A DNA stretch of 64,000 bases from Myxococcota bacterium (GTDB lineage Bacteria > Myxococcota > UBA727 > JAHDBA01): contig JAHDBA010000003.1 of NCBI GenBank assembly GCA_020630615.1, positions 10,027 through 74,026 of the forward strand, written 5' to 3'. The notes below the pieces were generated by a model. It made no database searches, was not told the origin of the DNA, and saw only the letters and a program-made list of their open reading frames with translations. Both the position numbers and the translations under genes were made by a program. This document shows positions 28,550 through 39,877 of the stretch, piece after piece; positions within the stretch are counted from its first letter, which is position 1; every line of letters starts with the position of its first letter.

Positions 28550-29149
28550 TTACGCGTCAGCACTTTGAGCTTCGCCTTCAGCTGCGCCTGTCTTCTGGCC
28601 CCGGGGCGTACTTAGCGTGAGCACAGTAACGTGGCCATCTACTGCGAGTTCGCACCCTTCGGGGAGGTTCAGTTGGCTGGCGCGAAAAGCCCCTTTCTCG
28701 AGGTCGGTGACGTCCACTTCGATGGCAACAGGGATTTTGTCTGCAGCAACGTTCACCTTAATTGAACGCAAAACAACTTGTAGTTTTGCCCCCAGCTGAA
28801 CAAGCTTAGAACGACCAACACGTTCTACAGGGACAGCCACAGTGACCGCTTTATCAGAGGGAAGCGCCCAGAAGTCAACGTGTAAAGGCACTCGTTTCAC
28901 CGGGTCGATTTGAATGTCTTTCGCCAAAGCTTTGGTTACTTTTCCATCAATATCAAGCTCGAGCACAACATTTCGCTTATGAGGCGTCTTCATTGCTTTC
29001 ACAAAGGCCAGTGGAGTCACAGTCAAAGCCGTGCTTGAACCTTTGCTATCGTATAATACCGCAGGTATTTTTCCAGCAGCTCGAATCTTGCGTGCTGCTC
29101 CTTTACCAATCAACTCTCTTGCTTCGACTTTTAACTTTACACTGCTCAT
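28550..29149 (-). CDS. rplY: 50S ribosomal protein L25 / general stress protein Ctc
   Basis: L25/Ctc family N-terminal domain with AGKIPAVLY..S motif, and the conserved prs-ctc-pth gene order. Confidence 0.85.
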   Translation of the reverse strand: MSSVKLKVEARELIGKGAARKIRAAGKIPAVLYDSKGSSTALTVTPLAFVKAMKTPHKRNVVLELDIDGKVTKALAKDIQIDPVKRVPLHVDFWALPSDKAVTVAVPVERVGRSKLVQLGAKLQVVLRSIKVNVAADKIPVAIEVDVTDLEKGAFRASQLNLPEGCELAVDGHVTVLTLSTPRGQKTGAAEGEAQSADA

Positions 29150-29256
29150 TTGTATCCCCTCGATGACGCCTTCAAATAGGCCTCGCTAAGAGATGAAACC
29201 CTACCAGATCGTATGGAAAAGAAAAGTCCTGAACTTTACGAACTCAACCGTTGCAC

Positions 29257-30216
29257 TCAAATAAACAAAGTTGAAACAGACTCACCTTGATGTATTCGCC
29301 GTATTGCTTCGGCAATTAGCTTTGAGACACTGAGCTGCTCAATCTGCTCAACGCTTTGTGCCTGTGCGTTTAACGCGATTGTATCGGAAACAACCAATTT
29401 CTCGAGAGGAGATTGGTGAACGCGTTCCAAGGCCGGGCCTGAAAGCACTGGGTGCGTTGCATATGCAGAAACCGACCGTGCACCATGCTCAACGAGTGCA
29501 GATGCTGCTTTCGTGATTGTTCCCGCAGTATCGATCAGATCATCGACTAAAACAGCGCGTTTTCCCTGAACATCACCAATAATATTCATGACTTGGGCCA
29601 CATTGGGGCCATCCCGACGCTTGTCAATGATTGCAAGACCGACTTTTAGTCTCTTCGCAAACGCGCGAGCTCTTTCGACTCCCCCCGCATCGGGTGCCAC
29701 AATAACAAAATCATCATCATGACCGGACAACTGATATCGAGTTCGTATGTCCTCCAACATCACAGGCGTTGCGTAAAGATTGTCAAAGGGAATGTTAAAA
29801 AAACCCTGGATCTGGCCCGCATGCAAATCCATTGAGATAACACGTGTTGCGCCTGCGCTCTCTAATAAGTCTGCAACGAGCTTGGCAGTAATCGGTGCCC
29901 GGGGCGCGACTTTCCGATCTTGTCGACTATACCCATAATATGGGATTACGGCTGTAATCTCAAAAGCGCTCGCTCGCTTGAGAGCGTCAATCATGACTAA
30001 AGTCTCCATGACGTGCTCGTTGACCGGGGCAGAGGTCGATTGAAGTACAAAAGCATGTGACCCTCGCACACTCTCCGTGATTTCAACCCGTGTCTCGCCA
30101 TCCGAGAAGCGACCTACTTTTGCGTCTGCAAGAGAAATACCCAGTTTCTTGGCAATATCTAAAGCCAAGGCCCGGTTTGAACTGCCACTAAAAAGTTTAA
30201 GATCGCTTGGAGTCAT
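29257..30216 (-). CDS. prs: Ribose-phosphate pyrophosphokinase
   Basis: Prs family sequence KLFSGSSN..LA..I and a PRPP-binding loop. The start is the ATG with an AGGGGTG ribosome-binding site. Confidence 0.9.
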   Translation of the reverse strand: MTPSDLKLFSGSSNRALALDIAKKLGISLADAKVGRFSDGETRVEITESVRGSHAFVLQSTSAPVNEHVMETLVMIDALKRASAFEITAVIPYYGYSRQDRKVAPRAPITAKLVADLLESAGATRVISMDLHAGQIQGFFNIPFDNLYATPVMLEDIRTRYQLSGHDDDFVIVAPDAGGVERARAFAKRLKVGLAIIDKRRDGPNVAQVMNIIGDVQGKRAVLVDDLIDTAGTITKAASALVEHGARSVSAYATHPVLSGPALERVHQSPLEKLVVSDTIALNAQAQSVEQIEQLSVSKLIAEAIRRIHQGESVSTLFI

Positions 30217-30299
30217 CATCACCCCTAACAGCTTAGCGAATATTCAACTCTTACGAAAGTTCCATGCCCAAACAATGCAAAGTCGTACTATGATAAGTT

Positions 30300-33200
30300 G
30301 TGGAAGAACAAAGCCCCAGCGAAACGAAGGAAGTCAGCTCACTCCGAGCACTTTTGTTCGCATTGCTCAAGAAGTGGGTACTCGCGATATGTGTGTTCGC
30401 GAGTCTTGCACTTGCGGTTTTCATCTTTGTGCATTCGACATTCTTCATGCAAAACGCAATCGGGCAGTTGAATATCCGAGTGCTATCAAAACATAAGCTT
30501 TTGCTTCAGGTTGAGGGGAGCCAAATCTCCAGTCGGCAAGGTTACTTCCAAGCCTCGAATGTTTCTCTTGTCTCCACAGAAGACATGCGAGTGCTGGCCC
30601 ATATCGAGAATTTTGAAGCGCGACTCTCGTTCCTTGATCTTCTGGGAGGAGAAATGAAAGTGAAATCGCTACGACTCGAGGGTCTTAAAAGCGATCTCAT
30701 TGTTCGCAATGGAAAAATACAAGGGCTCGAAAGTCTTCTGCAAGACTCAGAGAATAAAAGTGAACCACCAATTGACATCCAAGAACTCAAACTACGAAGA
30801 GCGAACTTAAATCTTGATATCGAAGGCGAATACAGCATCCACGCGCAAGATATCTCCTTGGATCTTGCACACGAAAACTTTCACACCCACTCCTTCGAAT
30901 TTCTGGTCCCCGCGCTGGAGCTCAACTCAAACAATGCTTATGTGTGGCCCAAAGAGGTCGTCAACATACTTGGCTTCAGACCATCAACCCTCAAAACGAG
31001 TCTGCCGATAAAACTCCGTGGGCAAGGCCGCATGGAAAACAAAGGCGACACACAAAGTCTAACGCTCAGCGAAGTCTCCATGACCCATGCTATCGGCAAA
31101 GCAACAATCACCGGCTCTCTCCTTCAAAACGATAAAAACGTTACGATTTCCGAACTTGGGCTCACCACAAATCTTGATCTTGCGAAGCTCGAAGCATGGC
31201 TTTTGGGGCCCTCGGAAGACAACGCAGGAACTCTTAAACGCCCTCTTGCGCTCGGAAAACTACAAACGAACCACACGATTAAATTAGGAACATTAGATCT
31301 TCCAACAAGGGACGCTTGGACCCTTAAAAGTATTTTGCAAGAGGCTGAAATCGATAGTGCACTCTCGCTTTCTGACGCCACGCTTTTCGGGAAGGCAATT
31401 GGCTCCTTGACTGGAGACACCACGATACGAAAGGGAGTCGCACATTTGAAGGGGCTTAAGGTCAAGCACCCGGATGGAACGATCGCTGCCGACTTAAGGA
31501 TAGACCTACTGACAAAAGGGTTCCCATTGCGAGGGTCCTTGAGCCATAACGATGTTAGCTTTTACACCCTTCTGGACACGGTGACGGTTGAAGGGTCTTG
31601 GGTTGAATCGCGAATTAGCGGTGAGCACCAAATCCACGGCACCCTCGTACCGCTACGAGTTGATACGGACACGACACTTCGCTCCAAAGACTTTCGTGTT
31701 TTTGATTCGGATGCTCGTCGCGCGAGTGTTGCACACGACAAAGCCATTCTAGAAATCCCCGCCCCTGTCCGCTTCGATGGCAACCTACGTTTGACACTCG
31801 ACGCATTGTGGGCAAGTGGAAAAGTCGAAGATGAGTGGAGTGAAGTGCACCTTGAAAGTACGGTCAACTTTGAAAAATCGCGCGGACTTGAGCTCAAAGC
31901 GGAGGTCCTTAAGCTCGACTCTGAAACCTTTCAAAACCATATCGGAACGTTGCCTATTCAAACACGTGTGAAAGGTATGATTGAAGCAAAAGGTGGCTAC
32001 GATGAGCTCATAATTCAAGGTGATGGAGAGTTTGGTCCTAGCCGAATCCTTAACTTTGAACTTGCAGACTCAATGCAAAGCAAACTTACATTTTCTGATA
32101 AGAGTCTAAGTTTCACTCAGGCAGAAATTGTGAAAGGCGAGACGCACGCCTACGGTTCATTAAATCTTGTTTTCGATGCGCAGGGAATCCATTTTGATCG
32201 CAGCGATCCCACTGTGCGCGAAACACTCTTAACGCAAAAGCGCGACGTTTGGCTTAACCTCGGACTCTCCGAACTCAAAGGCAAATGGGCCGACTTGCGC
32301 TCCATCGTAGCCAGTGATGAAAGTAGTGAGGCGCTGATTTTCTTCCGCGACCTCGAGCTCGAGGGTGACATGCGCGGACAAGTTGAAGTGCAAGGCCTTC
32401 TCACATCGGGGATTGATGACCTTTTGGGCAAAATTACTTTTTCTGGCGAAAACAACCATATTCTGGGTGAAAAGCTGTCCACGCAACAAGGAGAACTCTG
32501 GCTGCAGAGAAGCCACTACGCCTTGAAGCATTGGCAAGGCAGTCTTTCCTTCCTTGCTCAAAGCGAGACAGAGCCTCTCAATGAAGGTACGACAAGACAT
32601 CCGAATAAGACGCGGTCGTTAAGTCATGGAAACATCCTTGCCACGTTGTTGATTCATCGCGACAGCCTCGATACCTCCGGCACGTTAAAGTTCACGGATG
32701 TCGAACTTTCAGAAATGAACCTCTTTCGAGATACGAACAATAAACCTTGGGCCGGCGCTACGCTTAGCGGTGAGTTGGAGGCATCAGGGCAACTCAACAC
32801 CCTCGCGCTTCGCGGCGAAACCCAACTCGATGATGCAATGTTTTTGGGCGAAGGTGTGGCACTCGAAGAAGCTCAAGTTTCACTAAACTACCCAAGCTTT
32901 GAGCTAGCATTCCCTGTCACGAGTGAAGAGGGAGGCGAACTCAACCTCACTCTAATGCTCTCTGAACCGTATCCATATCAGGTTGAACTCACAGCCCCTC
33001 GCCAGGACCTCTTGAAATTAACCAAACGTAAGTTTGGAAAAGACTTTCGTTTATTCGCAAAGTCAGCGATGCAGATTCAGGGAGAATTCCTCGGCGAACT
33101 TTTCAAACTTGGCTTTGTCGAGCTCAAGAATACGGTGCTGGAATCGGAAGGTATTCGGATAGAGCACCAAGAAAACTTGTACGCGAACGTCAATGAGGGA

Positions 33201-34652
33201 ATGTGGCAGCTGAACCCAACACGTTTTCGCTTCGGAGAAAATGGCAATGGGGGCGAAAGCGAGCTGAGTGGGTTTTACTCGAATGAGGGCTGGGCTCTTC
33301 TTGCAAACGGTAGTCTGGATGCAGCGATGGTTGCACCATGGTTTGAGTCGATCGACGAAGCAAGCGGCGAACTTCGTTTTGAGCTCGGTCAATCAATGCG
33401 TGCGGGAAGAGCAATCTATGGCTTCGGTGAGTTAGAGTTTTTAGAGACGGTACTTATCATGAATGAAGGGCAGGATCAGCTTGATCTTTCCGGTACACGT
33501 TTCAAGCTTACGGGAGAAAATTTCCAATGGGAGAAAGGTAGTGTTTTGATCAACGACAACCCGGTTGTTGTCGGTGGTACGATTGAGAGCGAGTATCTCA
33601 TCCCCAAAAATATTAATCTTGAAGTTGAACTGGACCATTTCCCGTACGAATACGACGAAGACATTGACATGATCACCAGCGGACAACTTAATATTGCAGG
33701 ACTCCCCCCCACGACTCATGTCAATGGCAATTTGAATATGAACCGATTGCGTTTTCAGGGCGATACAGATTGGGAGCAACTCCTCCCTACACTTCGTCAA
33801 GATGCAACGCTTCAACAAATATGGAACAAAGACAACGAATGGGTGTATTTGGATATTGGCGTACGGGGGGATAACACCTTCTTCGTCGAGAATGCGAATA
33901 CGATGATACGCGCATCGGCCGACTTACAACTCAAAGGTACGAATGAACGCTTGGGGCTTGTCGGCAGCTTGGACGTTGATGAAGGACGCACTCGCTTTCG
34001 TAACCACGAATATGAAATTGAGCGTGCGCATGCATCCTTTGAGAATCCGTATTCGATCGTCCCACGTTTCGATGCATCGCTTCGAACGGAAAGCCGAGGT
34101 TACGATATAACCACAATGATCGACGGCAGTGTTGAGTCACTTGATATCGGGTTTCGCTCATCACCAAACCTCAATGAATCCGAAATCGTCAGCCTTTTAA
34201 CTTTTGGTTTTCTACCGCTAGAAGGTGAAGACCTTGTCAGCACAGCGGGAACTGCCGGACTAGAAATTATATCGGCATATTCCGGTCTCGAAAGTGAACT
34301 CCGCAACCTTGTGCCGACGGATGCAGACAACAGGTCCCTTTTTGAGATTGCGGAGTTTCGTATCACCTCACAATACTCCACCGCACGACGAAGCACTTTA
34401 CCCGCCTTACGGCTTGGGCTGCAACTCGATGACCAGATTCCTTTTTTGGGAGACACACGACTCGTGCTTCAAAGTACGCTAATGGCAAGCGATCAAAATG
34501 GCGCTCAACAAAGGCTTGACTGGGAGAAAACGTTCAACCGACGCCTTCGCGCACGAACCACTTGGCGCTCGTTGGACCGTGGGGTCTGCCCCAACTGCCA
34601 GAATCAGCTGGGCGACTTCGGAGCCGACCTCTTTTATCGATGGGATTTTTAA
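30300..34652 (+). CDS. tamB: TamB/AsmA-like translocation-and-assembly-module protein (DUF490 C-terminus)
   Basis: An N-terminal signal-anchor helix. At 1450 aa it is predicted to be beta-rich. The C-terminus, ending LGDFGADLFYRWDF, is typical of TamB/DUF490. A GTG start. Confidence 0.65.
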   Translation: MEEQSPSETKEVSSLRALLFALLKKWVLAICVFASLALAVFIFVHSTFFMQNAIGQLNIRVLSKHKLLLQVEGSQISSRQGYFQASNVSLVSTEDMRVLAHIENFEARLSFLDLLGGEMKVKSLRLEGLKSDLIVRNGKIQGLESLLQDSENKSEPPIDIQELKLRRANLNLDIEGEYSIHAQDISLDLAHENFHTHSFEFLVPALELNSNNAYVWPKEVVNILGFRPSTLKTSLPIKLRGQGRMENKGDTQSLTLSEVSMTHAIGKATITGSLLQNDKNVTISELGLTTNLDLAKLEAWLLGPSEDNAGTLKRPLALGKLQTNHTIKLGTLDLPTRDAWTLKSILQEAEIDSALSLSDATLFGKAIGSLTGDTTIRKGVAHLKGLKVKHPDGTIAADLRIDLLTKGFPLRGSLSHNDVSFYTLLDTVTVEGSWVESRISGEHQIHGTLVPLRVDTDTTLRSKDFRVFDSDARRASVAHDKAILEIPAPVRFDGNLRLTLDALWASGKVEDEWSEVHLESTVNFEKSRGLELKAEVLKLDSETFQNHIGTLPIQTRVKGMIEAKGGYDELIIQGDGEFGPSRILNFELADSMQSKLTFSDKSLSFTQAEIVKGETHAYGSLNLVFDAQGIHFDRSDPTVRETLLTQKRDVWLNLGLSELKGKWADLRSIVASDESSEALIFFRDLELEGDMRGQVEVQGLLTSGIDDLLGKITFSGENNHILGEKLSTQQGELWLQRSHYALKHWQGSLSFLAQSETEPLNEGTTRHPNKTRSLSHGNILATLLIHRDSLDTSGTLKFTDVELSEMNLFRDTNNKPWAGATLSGELEASGQLNTLALRGETQLDDAMFLGEGVALEEAQVSLNYPSFELAFPVTSEEGGELNLTLMLSEPYPYQVELTAPRQDLLKLTKRKFGKDFRLFAKSAMQIQGEFLGELFKLGFVELKNTVLESEGIRIEHQENLYANVNEGMWQLNPTRFRFGENGNGGESELSGFYSNEGWALLANGSLDAAMVAPWFESIDEASGELRFELGQSMRAGRAIYGFGELEFLETVLIMNEGQDQLDLSGTRFKLTGENFQWEKGSVLINDNPVVVGGTIESEYLIPKNINLEVELDHFPYEYDEDIDMITSGQLNIAGLPPTTHVNGNLNMNRLRFQGDTDWEQLLPTLRQDATLQQIWNKDNEWVYLDIGVRGDNTFFVENANTMIRASADLQLKGTNERLGLVGSLDVDEGRTRFRNHEYEIERAHASFENPYSIVPRFDASLRTESRGYDITTMIDGSVESLDIGFRSSPNLNESEIVSLLTFGFLPLEGEDLVSTAGTAGLEIISAYSGLESELRNLVPTDADNRSLFEIAEFRITSQYSTARRSTLPALRLGLQLDDQIPFLGDTRLVLQSTLMASDQNGAQQRLDWEKTFNRRLRARTTWRSLDRGVCPNCQNQLGDFGADLFYRWDF

Positions 34653-35908
34653 GTCTTGCGTACCACTCTCTCGACAAGTCGTTCGGCGAGTTTCTTTTTT
34701 AGATCTCTTCCAAGGTCAATTGCTTGCCCTTGAGGTGGCACGAGCCAAAGACGATTTTCGTCACTTTCGAAGGCACTTTCGTGCTCGTCACCGGATTCAT
34801 TCTCGAGCGCAGCAATCGCATTGAGCGCAACCCAGGTGCATCCTTTCGCGATGCACTTACGTCGAGCATTTGAAATGTAATTTTCGCTTTCTGCCGCAAA
34901 ACCGATCAGATTCGGGATCCGCTGTGAGGCACCCAGCAGTGAAAGGGTATCGCGTGTTCGTTTGAGGGCGAGCGACATTCCCTCCCCCTTTTTCTTTATT
35001 TTCTCAGTTGAGGCATTTACTGGAGTAAAATCCGACACGGCTGCAACACAAAAGGCAAGGTCAAATTGTGTCTCCACGATGACCTGTTCGCAAAGCGCCG
35101 CGAGTGTATCGGCGTCCTGCACATAGAGGGTTCTCAGTTGAGCATCGTGTTCTTCGGGTACGAGTGCTTCGGCCGTCGTGTGAGCACACAAGGCGGTGAC
35201 ATACCAACCTTTACGAAGCAAGGCGTTGATAATTGCAAAACCCATTTTCCCGGACGATGGGTTTGAAAGAAAGCGCGCGGGGTCCAAATACTCGCGTGTT
35301 GCGCCAAGCGTCACAAGTGCATGCCTCTCCGGAAGGCTCTTAAGCCCGTGCGATTTCGGTAAACTTTGACGGGCTTTTAGCGTGGTACGTATCACCTTAA
35401 GTATAGTCTCGTCACGAGCGAGTCGCCCCACCCCTTTTCGCCCGGATGCAAGGTCGCCTGATATTGGCCCTACAAAGAGGCACCCGTCATCGCGTAACTG
35501 GGTGACATTCCTTTGCGTTGATGGATGTTTCCACATTCGCGATTCCATTGCTGGCGCGATGAGCACAGGACCACGAACACTGAGATAAGTCGCGCCCAAG
35601 CGATTGTCCGAATGGCCTGAAGCCATGCGAGACAGTGTTGCTGCAGTTGCTCCAAAGATGACCATGGCTTGCGCTTCGTAAGCATCATCAACATGGGATT
35701 CCTTTGTGTCTGCATACCATTCCTCGTCACTCAAAACTTTAGAGCCTAGAATGGCCTGGAAGGTTTCGGGTCTCACAAAATTTAAAGCTGCTCGTGTCAA
35801 GAGGACCTCAACCTCATACCCACTCTTCACAAGCTGTCGAGAGAAGTTGTAGGCCTTGTAGGCTGAGACACTTCCACAAACACCAAGCAAGATCTTTTTT
35901 TTCTGCAT
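34649..35908 (-). CDS. coaBC: Bifunctional phosphopantothenoylcysteine decarboxylase / phosphopantothenate-cysteine ligase
   Basis: A flavoprotein N-terminal domain with ILLGVCGSVSAYKA, followed by the DFP/CoaB C-terminal domain. Confidence 0.9.
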   Translation of the reverse strand: MQKKKILLGVCGSVSAYKAYNFSRQLVKSGYEVEVLLTRAALNFVRPETFQAILGSKVLSDEEWYADTKESHVDDAYEAQAMVIFGATAATLSRMASGHSDNRLGATYLSVRGPVLIAPAMESRMWKHPSTQRNVTQLRDDGCLFVGPISGDLASGRKGVGRLARDETILKVIRTTLKARQSLPKSHGLKSLPERHALVTLGATREYLDPARFLSNPSSGKMGFAIINALLRKGWYVTALCAHTTAEALVPEEHDAQLRTLYVQDADTLAALCEQVIVETQFDLAFCVAAVSDFTPVNASTEKIKKKGEGMSLALKRTRDTLSLLGASQRIPNLIGFAAESENYISNARRKCIAKGCTWVALNAIAALENESGDEHESAFESDENRLWLVPPQGQAIDLGRDLKKKLAERLVERVVRKT

Positions 35909-35957
35909 GGGCTTAGACTAGCATAAACTTGGACCTTATATCTATCGAGCATTCAAT

Positions 35958-37298
35958 ATGAAACGGATAACACCCAGTGAAGTTAAAGCACTCGCACGAC
36001 CCACAACTCCAGGCGAAACCCTTTATCAGGCAATGCACAATTACCGAGCGGATCAAGAAAAGATCGCGCTCCTATTCGCCTTGCGTGAAGCGCGAGCCGA
36101 TCGAGAGACCGTGCTTCGGCTCTTATCCGAAAAGCACGGCCTAACAATCGATATCAAGCTGATGCACGCACTCGTCGCAATATGCGATGGTCGAGATCTC
36201 TTTGATGAAAGCTTTATCGAGGACGTTGACCCGATATTGCAACGCTTACATGGCCAAGTCGGTGCAACGCCCATTGTAGAGAGTTTTTTAGCAAAGGTAC
36301 CCTTGGGTCTTCAACTGAAAGGCGTTCTCTCTTCCACTTCAAGCAAACGCGAAGAAGCCTCTGATGAGGAGCTCAAAGTTCGTCGCGCACTACGACAATT
36401 GCGTTCATTCAATATGGATGAAAGGAAAGCAGCAGAATCGTATCTTTCTCAAAACGACGTAGCCCCCTACCTCAGCTTACTTCATCAAAGGCTTCTAAAC
36501 CAAGCGAGCACCGATGCAGAAGTCTCACAGCTTGCATTAATTCTGTCGAACCATGCAAGTGAAGACTCATGCGCTCCCTTGCTTAACGCTTACGCACGGG
36601 TTGAATCAAAAGGATGTCGTACAGTTTTGGTGCGCACTTTTGCGAAGCTACCATGCAAAGACAGCGATAAGATTCTGGCCCTGGGTCTTCGTGAGCTTTT
36701 GGCGGAGGATTCCTTTCTGGTCTGCGCAGCACTTCAGCTTTGTGCAAAGTTTTCGACTCCGACTCTTGCAGGAACGATAATTGGATTCCTGAGGCACGAA
36801 GACAGCTCGATTAGGAGCGCTGCCTTAGAAGCGTTACTGAGGTCCGTGAGTCCAATTGGAACGCCTGAGATTACGACACTGATTGAATACCTGGGCTCAC
36901 CAGGCGCAATCGATGGGGAGTGCGGGCTAATCTTGAGATTCCTCTTTCATCGGGTAAATGATTTACGCGTTATACTTTTGTACCCAAAGGTATCCGAGGA
37001 AAACTTTAACCTCGAACATGCGAACTCAAGAGCACGATTGTGGTCTCAATTCTCCCTCTATCTCATGGTCGAGGCGCAGTATGCGTCTCCTCGGCAAATT
37101 CTGTCCCTGATACTCTTGGATGAACTCTACCCTGAGGGCCCTTTTACTTCTTTTGCGTCTATCGGGCTGACAAAGGCACTTTCGTATTCAGGCGCGATTG
37201 ATCGGAATATTCTTCAAGAAATTGCATCCCGTCGTTTGGGAGGCGAAGCTCTCGCAGCAACACTTACGCACCTTGATGACGCGCCGCACCCAAAGTAA
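35958..37298 (+). CDS. HEAT/armadillo-like repeat protein
   Basis: Repeated helical pairs of the form SSIRSAALEALL. Confidence 0.4.
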   Translation: MKRITPSEVKALARPTTPGETLYQAMHNYRADQEKIALLFALREARADRETVLRLLSEKHGLTIDIKLMHALVAICDGRDLFDESFIEDVDPILQRLHGQVGATPIVESFLAKVPLGLQLKGVLSSTSSKREEASDEELKVRRALRQLRSFNMDERKAAESYLSQNDVAPYLSLLHQRLLNQASTDAEVSQLALILSNHASEDSCAPLLNAYARVESKGCRTVLVRTFAKLPCKDSDKILALGLRELLAEDSFLVCAALQLCAKFSTPTLAGTIIGFLRHEDSSIRSAALEALLRSVSPIGTPEITTLIEYLGSPGAIDGECGLILRFLFHRVNDLRVILLYPKVSEENFNLEHANSRARLWSQFSLYLMVEAQYASPRQILSLILLDELYPEGPFTSFASIGLTKALSYSGAIDRNILQEIASRRLGGEALAATLTHLDDAPHPK

Positions 37299-37448
37299 TT
37301 CCTCTTCACCCAACTCCTATGAAAGACCAATGTACCTCATGCTCCTCGCTCGATAACAAGTTCTAGCAGCATTCTCGCAAAGCTTGGCATCTCAAAGCGG
37401 CTAGAACTTGACTTTCTAAGTTGAGGGCTATTCACATGCACTTGACCT

Positions 37449-38495
37449 GTGATATCAGGGTTCGTGGGTTTAATTGATCGTATACGTTCATGGTTTTCTG
37501 TCGATCTCGCGATCGATCTTGGTACAGCAAATACCCTGGTGCATGTTCGGGGTAGAGATGAGGTCCTTAATGAACCGAGTGTCGTCGCCATCCATCGACG
37601 GGGCAATCAAAAACGTGTTGTAGCCGTTGGGTCTGATGCTAAAAAAATGATAGGGAAAACGCCCGGGAATATTAAAGCAATACGGCCGATGCGTGATGGC
37701 GTAATTGCAGACTTTAATGTTACTGCAAAAATGATTGGCGCGTTTATTCAGAAAGCCGTAGGAAAGCGTGGATACCTCTCTTCGCGGCTCATCATCTCAG
37801 TACCTGCCGAGATTACGTCAATTGAACAAAAAGCTGTGCGGCAAGCCTCTCAAAAAGCGGGCATTCATCAAGTTTATCTAATTGAGCAGCCGATGGCAGC
37901 TGCCGTTGGCGCAGGCCTCCCCGTTCGGGAAGCAAAAGGCTCGATGATCGTTGATATCGGAGGCGGCACGACAGATGTAGCAGTCATCTCACTCGAAGGA
38001 TTGGTCGCCAGTCAAACCTTAAGAGTTGCAGGAGATCGCTTCGATGAAGCGATTGTTAACTTCATTCGAAAAAAGCACAATATCTTGATCGGCGTTCGTA
38101 CCGCAGAAAAACTCAAAATGAGCATTGGGTCGGCGGCACCATTAGATGAAGAGCTTACGATGGATGTCAACGGACGCGACCTTATCTCAGGCGTCCCTCG
38201 TGCAGTTACAATTACAAGTGAAGAGATCCGCGCTGCGTTGGATGACAGTATCAAACAGTTGGTTCGAGCGGTGAAAGCAACACTTGAAAAGACTCCTCCT
38301 GAACTGTCTGCAGACATTATTGATCGCGGTATTGTGCTGTGTGGCGGAGGAGCCCTTATTCGAAACCTTGATGTTTTACTCACAGAGGCCTGTTCTTTAC
38401 CTGTATTTGTGGCAGAAAATCCGCTTCACGCTGTTGTGGATGGTGTGCGCACGGTTTTGGACAGTCTTGAAGAATATCAAAGACTCTTGCTCTGA
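37449..38495 (+). CDS. mreB: Rod-shape-determining protein MreB
   Basis: Actin-fold motifs DLGTANTLV and DIGGGTTD. The start is GTG at 37449 or GTG at 37464. Confidence 0.9.
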   Translation: MISGFVGLIDRIRSWFSVDLAIDLGTANTLVHVRGRDEVLNEPSVVAIHRRGNQKRVVAVGSDAKKMIGKTPGNIKAIRPMRDGVIADFNVTAKMIGAFIQKAVGKRGYLSSRLIISVPAEITSIEQKAVRQASQKAGIHQVYLIEQPMAAAVGAGLPVREAKGSMIVDIGGGTTDVAVISLEGLVASQTLRVAGDRFDEAIVNFIRKKHNILIGVRTAEKLKMSIGSAAPLDEELTMDVNGRDLISGVPRAVTITSEEIRAALDDSIKQLVRAVKATLEKTPPELSADIIDRGIVLCGGGALIRNLDVLLTEACSLPVFVAENPLHAVVDGVRTVLDSLEEYQRLLL

Positions 38496-38519
38496 GTCGA
38501 AAACAAACGAGGAAGTTGG

Positions 38520-39728
38520 ATGAAAATAAGTGCTGTCGTTAAACCACGTGTATCGCTTTGGGCGAAAACCTTTCTGATTCTCCCCGCGTTGATCCTCACA
38601 GGATGTTCCAAACCCATTGAACTGTCATGGAAATACGCTTCGGAGTCCGCAAGCTTTTCCTCACCGGCAGTGATTGAAGATCTCATTGTTTTCGGGACGG
38701 CTTCGGGTGAAGTCCACGGCGTTAATAAGAACACTGGTGGATACCGGTGGAAATTCCAGACGCGCAAAGAAGTCACGTCAGGACCCGCTACGAAAGACAA
38801 TCAAATCTTCTTTGGCTCAACCAATCACACCTTTTACGCACTGGATACCTTGGGGCGTCAAGTATGGAAACACACGACACGCGGTCGAATCAAAGGCGAC
38901 CCGGTTGTGGATGGTGACAAAGTCATCTTTGGCTCTTATGACAAGCATGTCTATGCGGTCGACACCGAGACACATGCATTACGCTGGGTCTTTCCGGATA
39001 ACGTACCTCACAATGGGCTCATGACTCAGAACGGAAAAGTCATGACCGGACCAAGTGATACCGCAATGCCAAAGGGTGATGCAGCAGAAGCTGCACGTGA
39101 ACAACAGTTTTGGCCACAAAATGGTTTTGCTTACCCAAAACCCTTGATCACATCAACGGGCCTTGTCTTAATCGGTAGCCTTGACGGGTACCTTTATGCA
39201 CTTGAAAAAGAAACAGGAAAACTCGCATGGCGTTGGGCCTCGAAAGGTGCAGCGTCGGGCTTCGGGATTACTTCATCCGTACTGGAAGCCAAAGGTGTTT
39301 TATATTTTGGTGCAAACGACGGCCACGTTTATGCATTGCGCCTGAAGGATCAAAAAGTTCTTTGGTCGTTTAAAAGTGAAGGAGAAATTAACTCCTCCCC
39401 CGTACTTGGTTCAGATGACACGCTCTACGTCGGTTCACGTGATAAACGTTTTTATGCAATCAATACTCAGACTGGCGAACCACGCTGGTCTTTTGAGGCA
39501 AAGGGGCCAATCCTTTCCATTCCAACACTTTATAAGAATCTCGTTATTTTTGGTGGTGGTGAAGGTGACCATCATGTTTACGCGCTCAACAAAAAAAGTG
39601 GAAAGATGTTTTGGAAGTTTGAAACCGGCAATAGAGTCGATGCCGATCCGCTAATCGACGATGACATGCTCTATATTGCTTCTGGTGACCGCTATTTATA
39701 TGCCTTTAAGATTAACGAGACCCCCTAA
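38520..39728 (+). CDS. PQQ-repeat beta-propeller lipoprotein (BamB-like)
   Basis: A lipobox LTGC and repeated blades of the form G.VYAxD..TG...W. A GAGGAAG ribosome-binding site. Confidence 0.6.
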   Translation: MKISAVVKPRVSLWAKTFLILPALILTGCSKPIELSWKYASESASFSSPAVIEDLIVFGTASGEVHGVNKNTGGYRWKFQTRKEVTSGPATKDNQIFFGSTNHTFYALDTLGRQVWKHTTRGRIKGDPVVDGDKVIFGSYDKHVYAVDTETHALRWVFPDNVPHNGLMTQNGKVMTGPSDTAMPKGDAAEAAREQQFWPQNGFAYPKPLITSTGLVLIGSLDGYLYALEKETGKLAWRWASKGAASGFGITSSVLEAKGVLYFGANDGHVYALRLKDQKVLWSFKSEGEINSSPVLGSDDTLYVGSRDKRFYAINTQTGEPRWSFEAKGPILSIPTLYKNLVIFGGGEGDHHVYALNKKSGKMFWKFETGNRVDADPLIDDDMLYIASGDRYLYAFKINETP

Positions 39729-39821
39729 AGTTTAGCACAACTCGCGATAGGCGAATCCTCAGTTGGACGCTCTTTTTTCAACCCGTAAATTGAAGAAGGG
39801 CCTTTTCATACTTCGTTTCCC

Positions 39822-39841
39822 CCCACCCATTGGTGGGTTTT
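39822..39841 (+). terminator. Rho-independent terminator after the BamB-like gene
   Basis: A hairpin CCCACC-CATT-GGTGGG followed by TTTT. Confidence 0.5.
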
Positions 39842-39877
39842 AATATCGCTCGAAGATCTCAACTTCTGTGTGGCTTT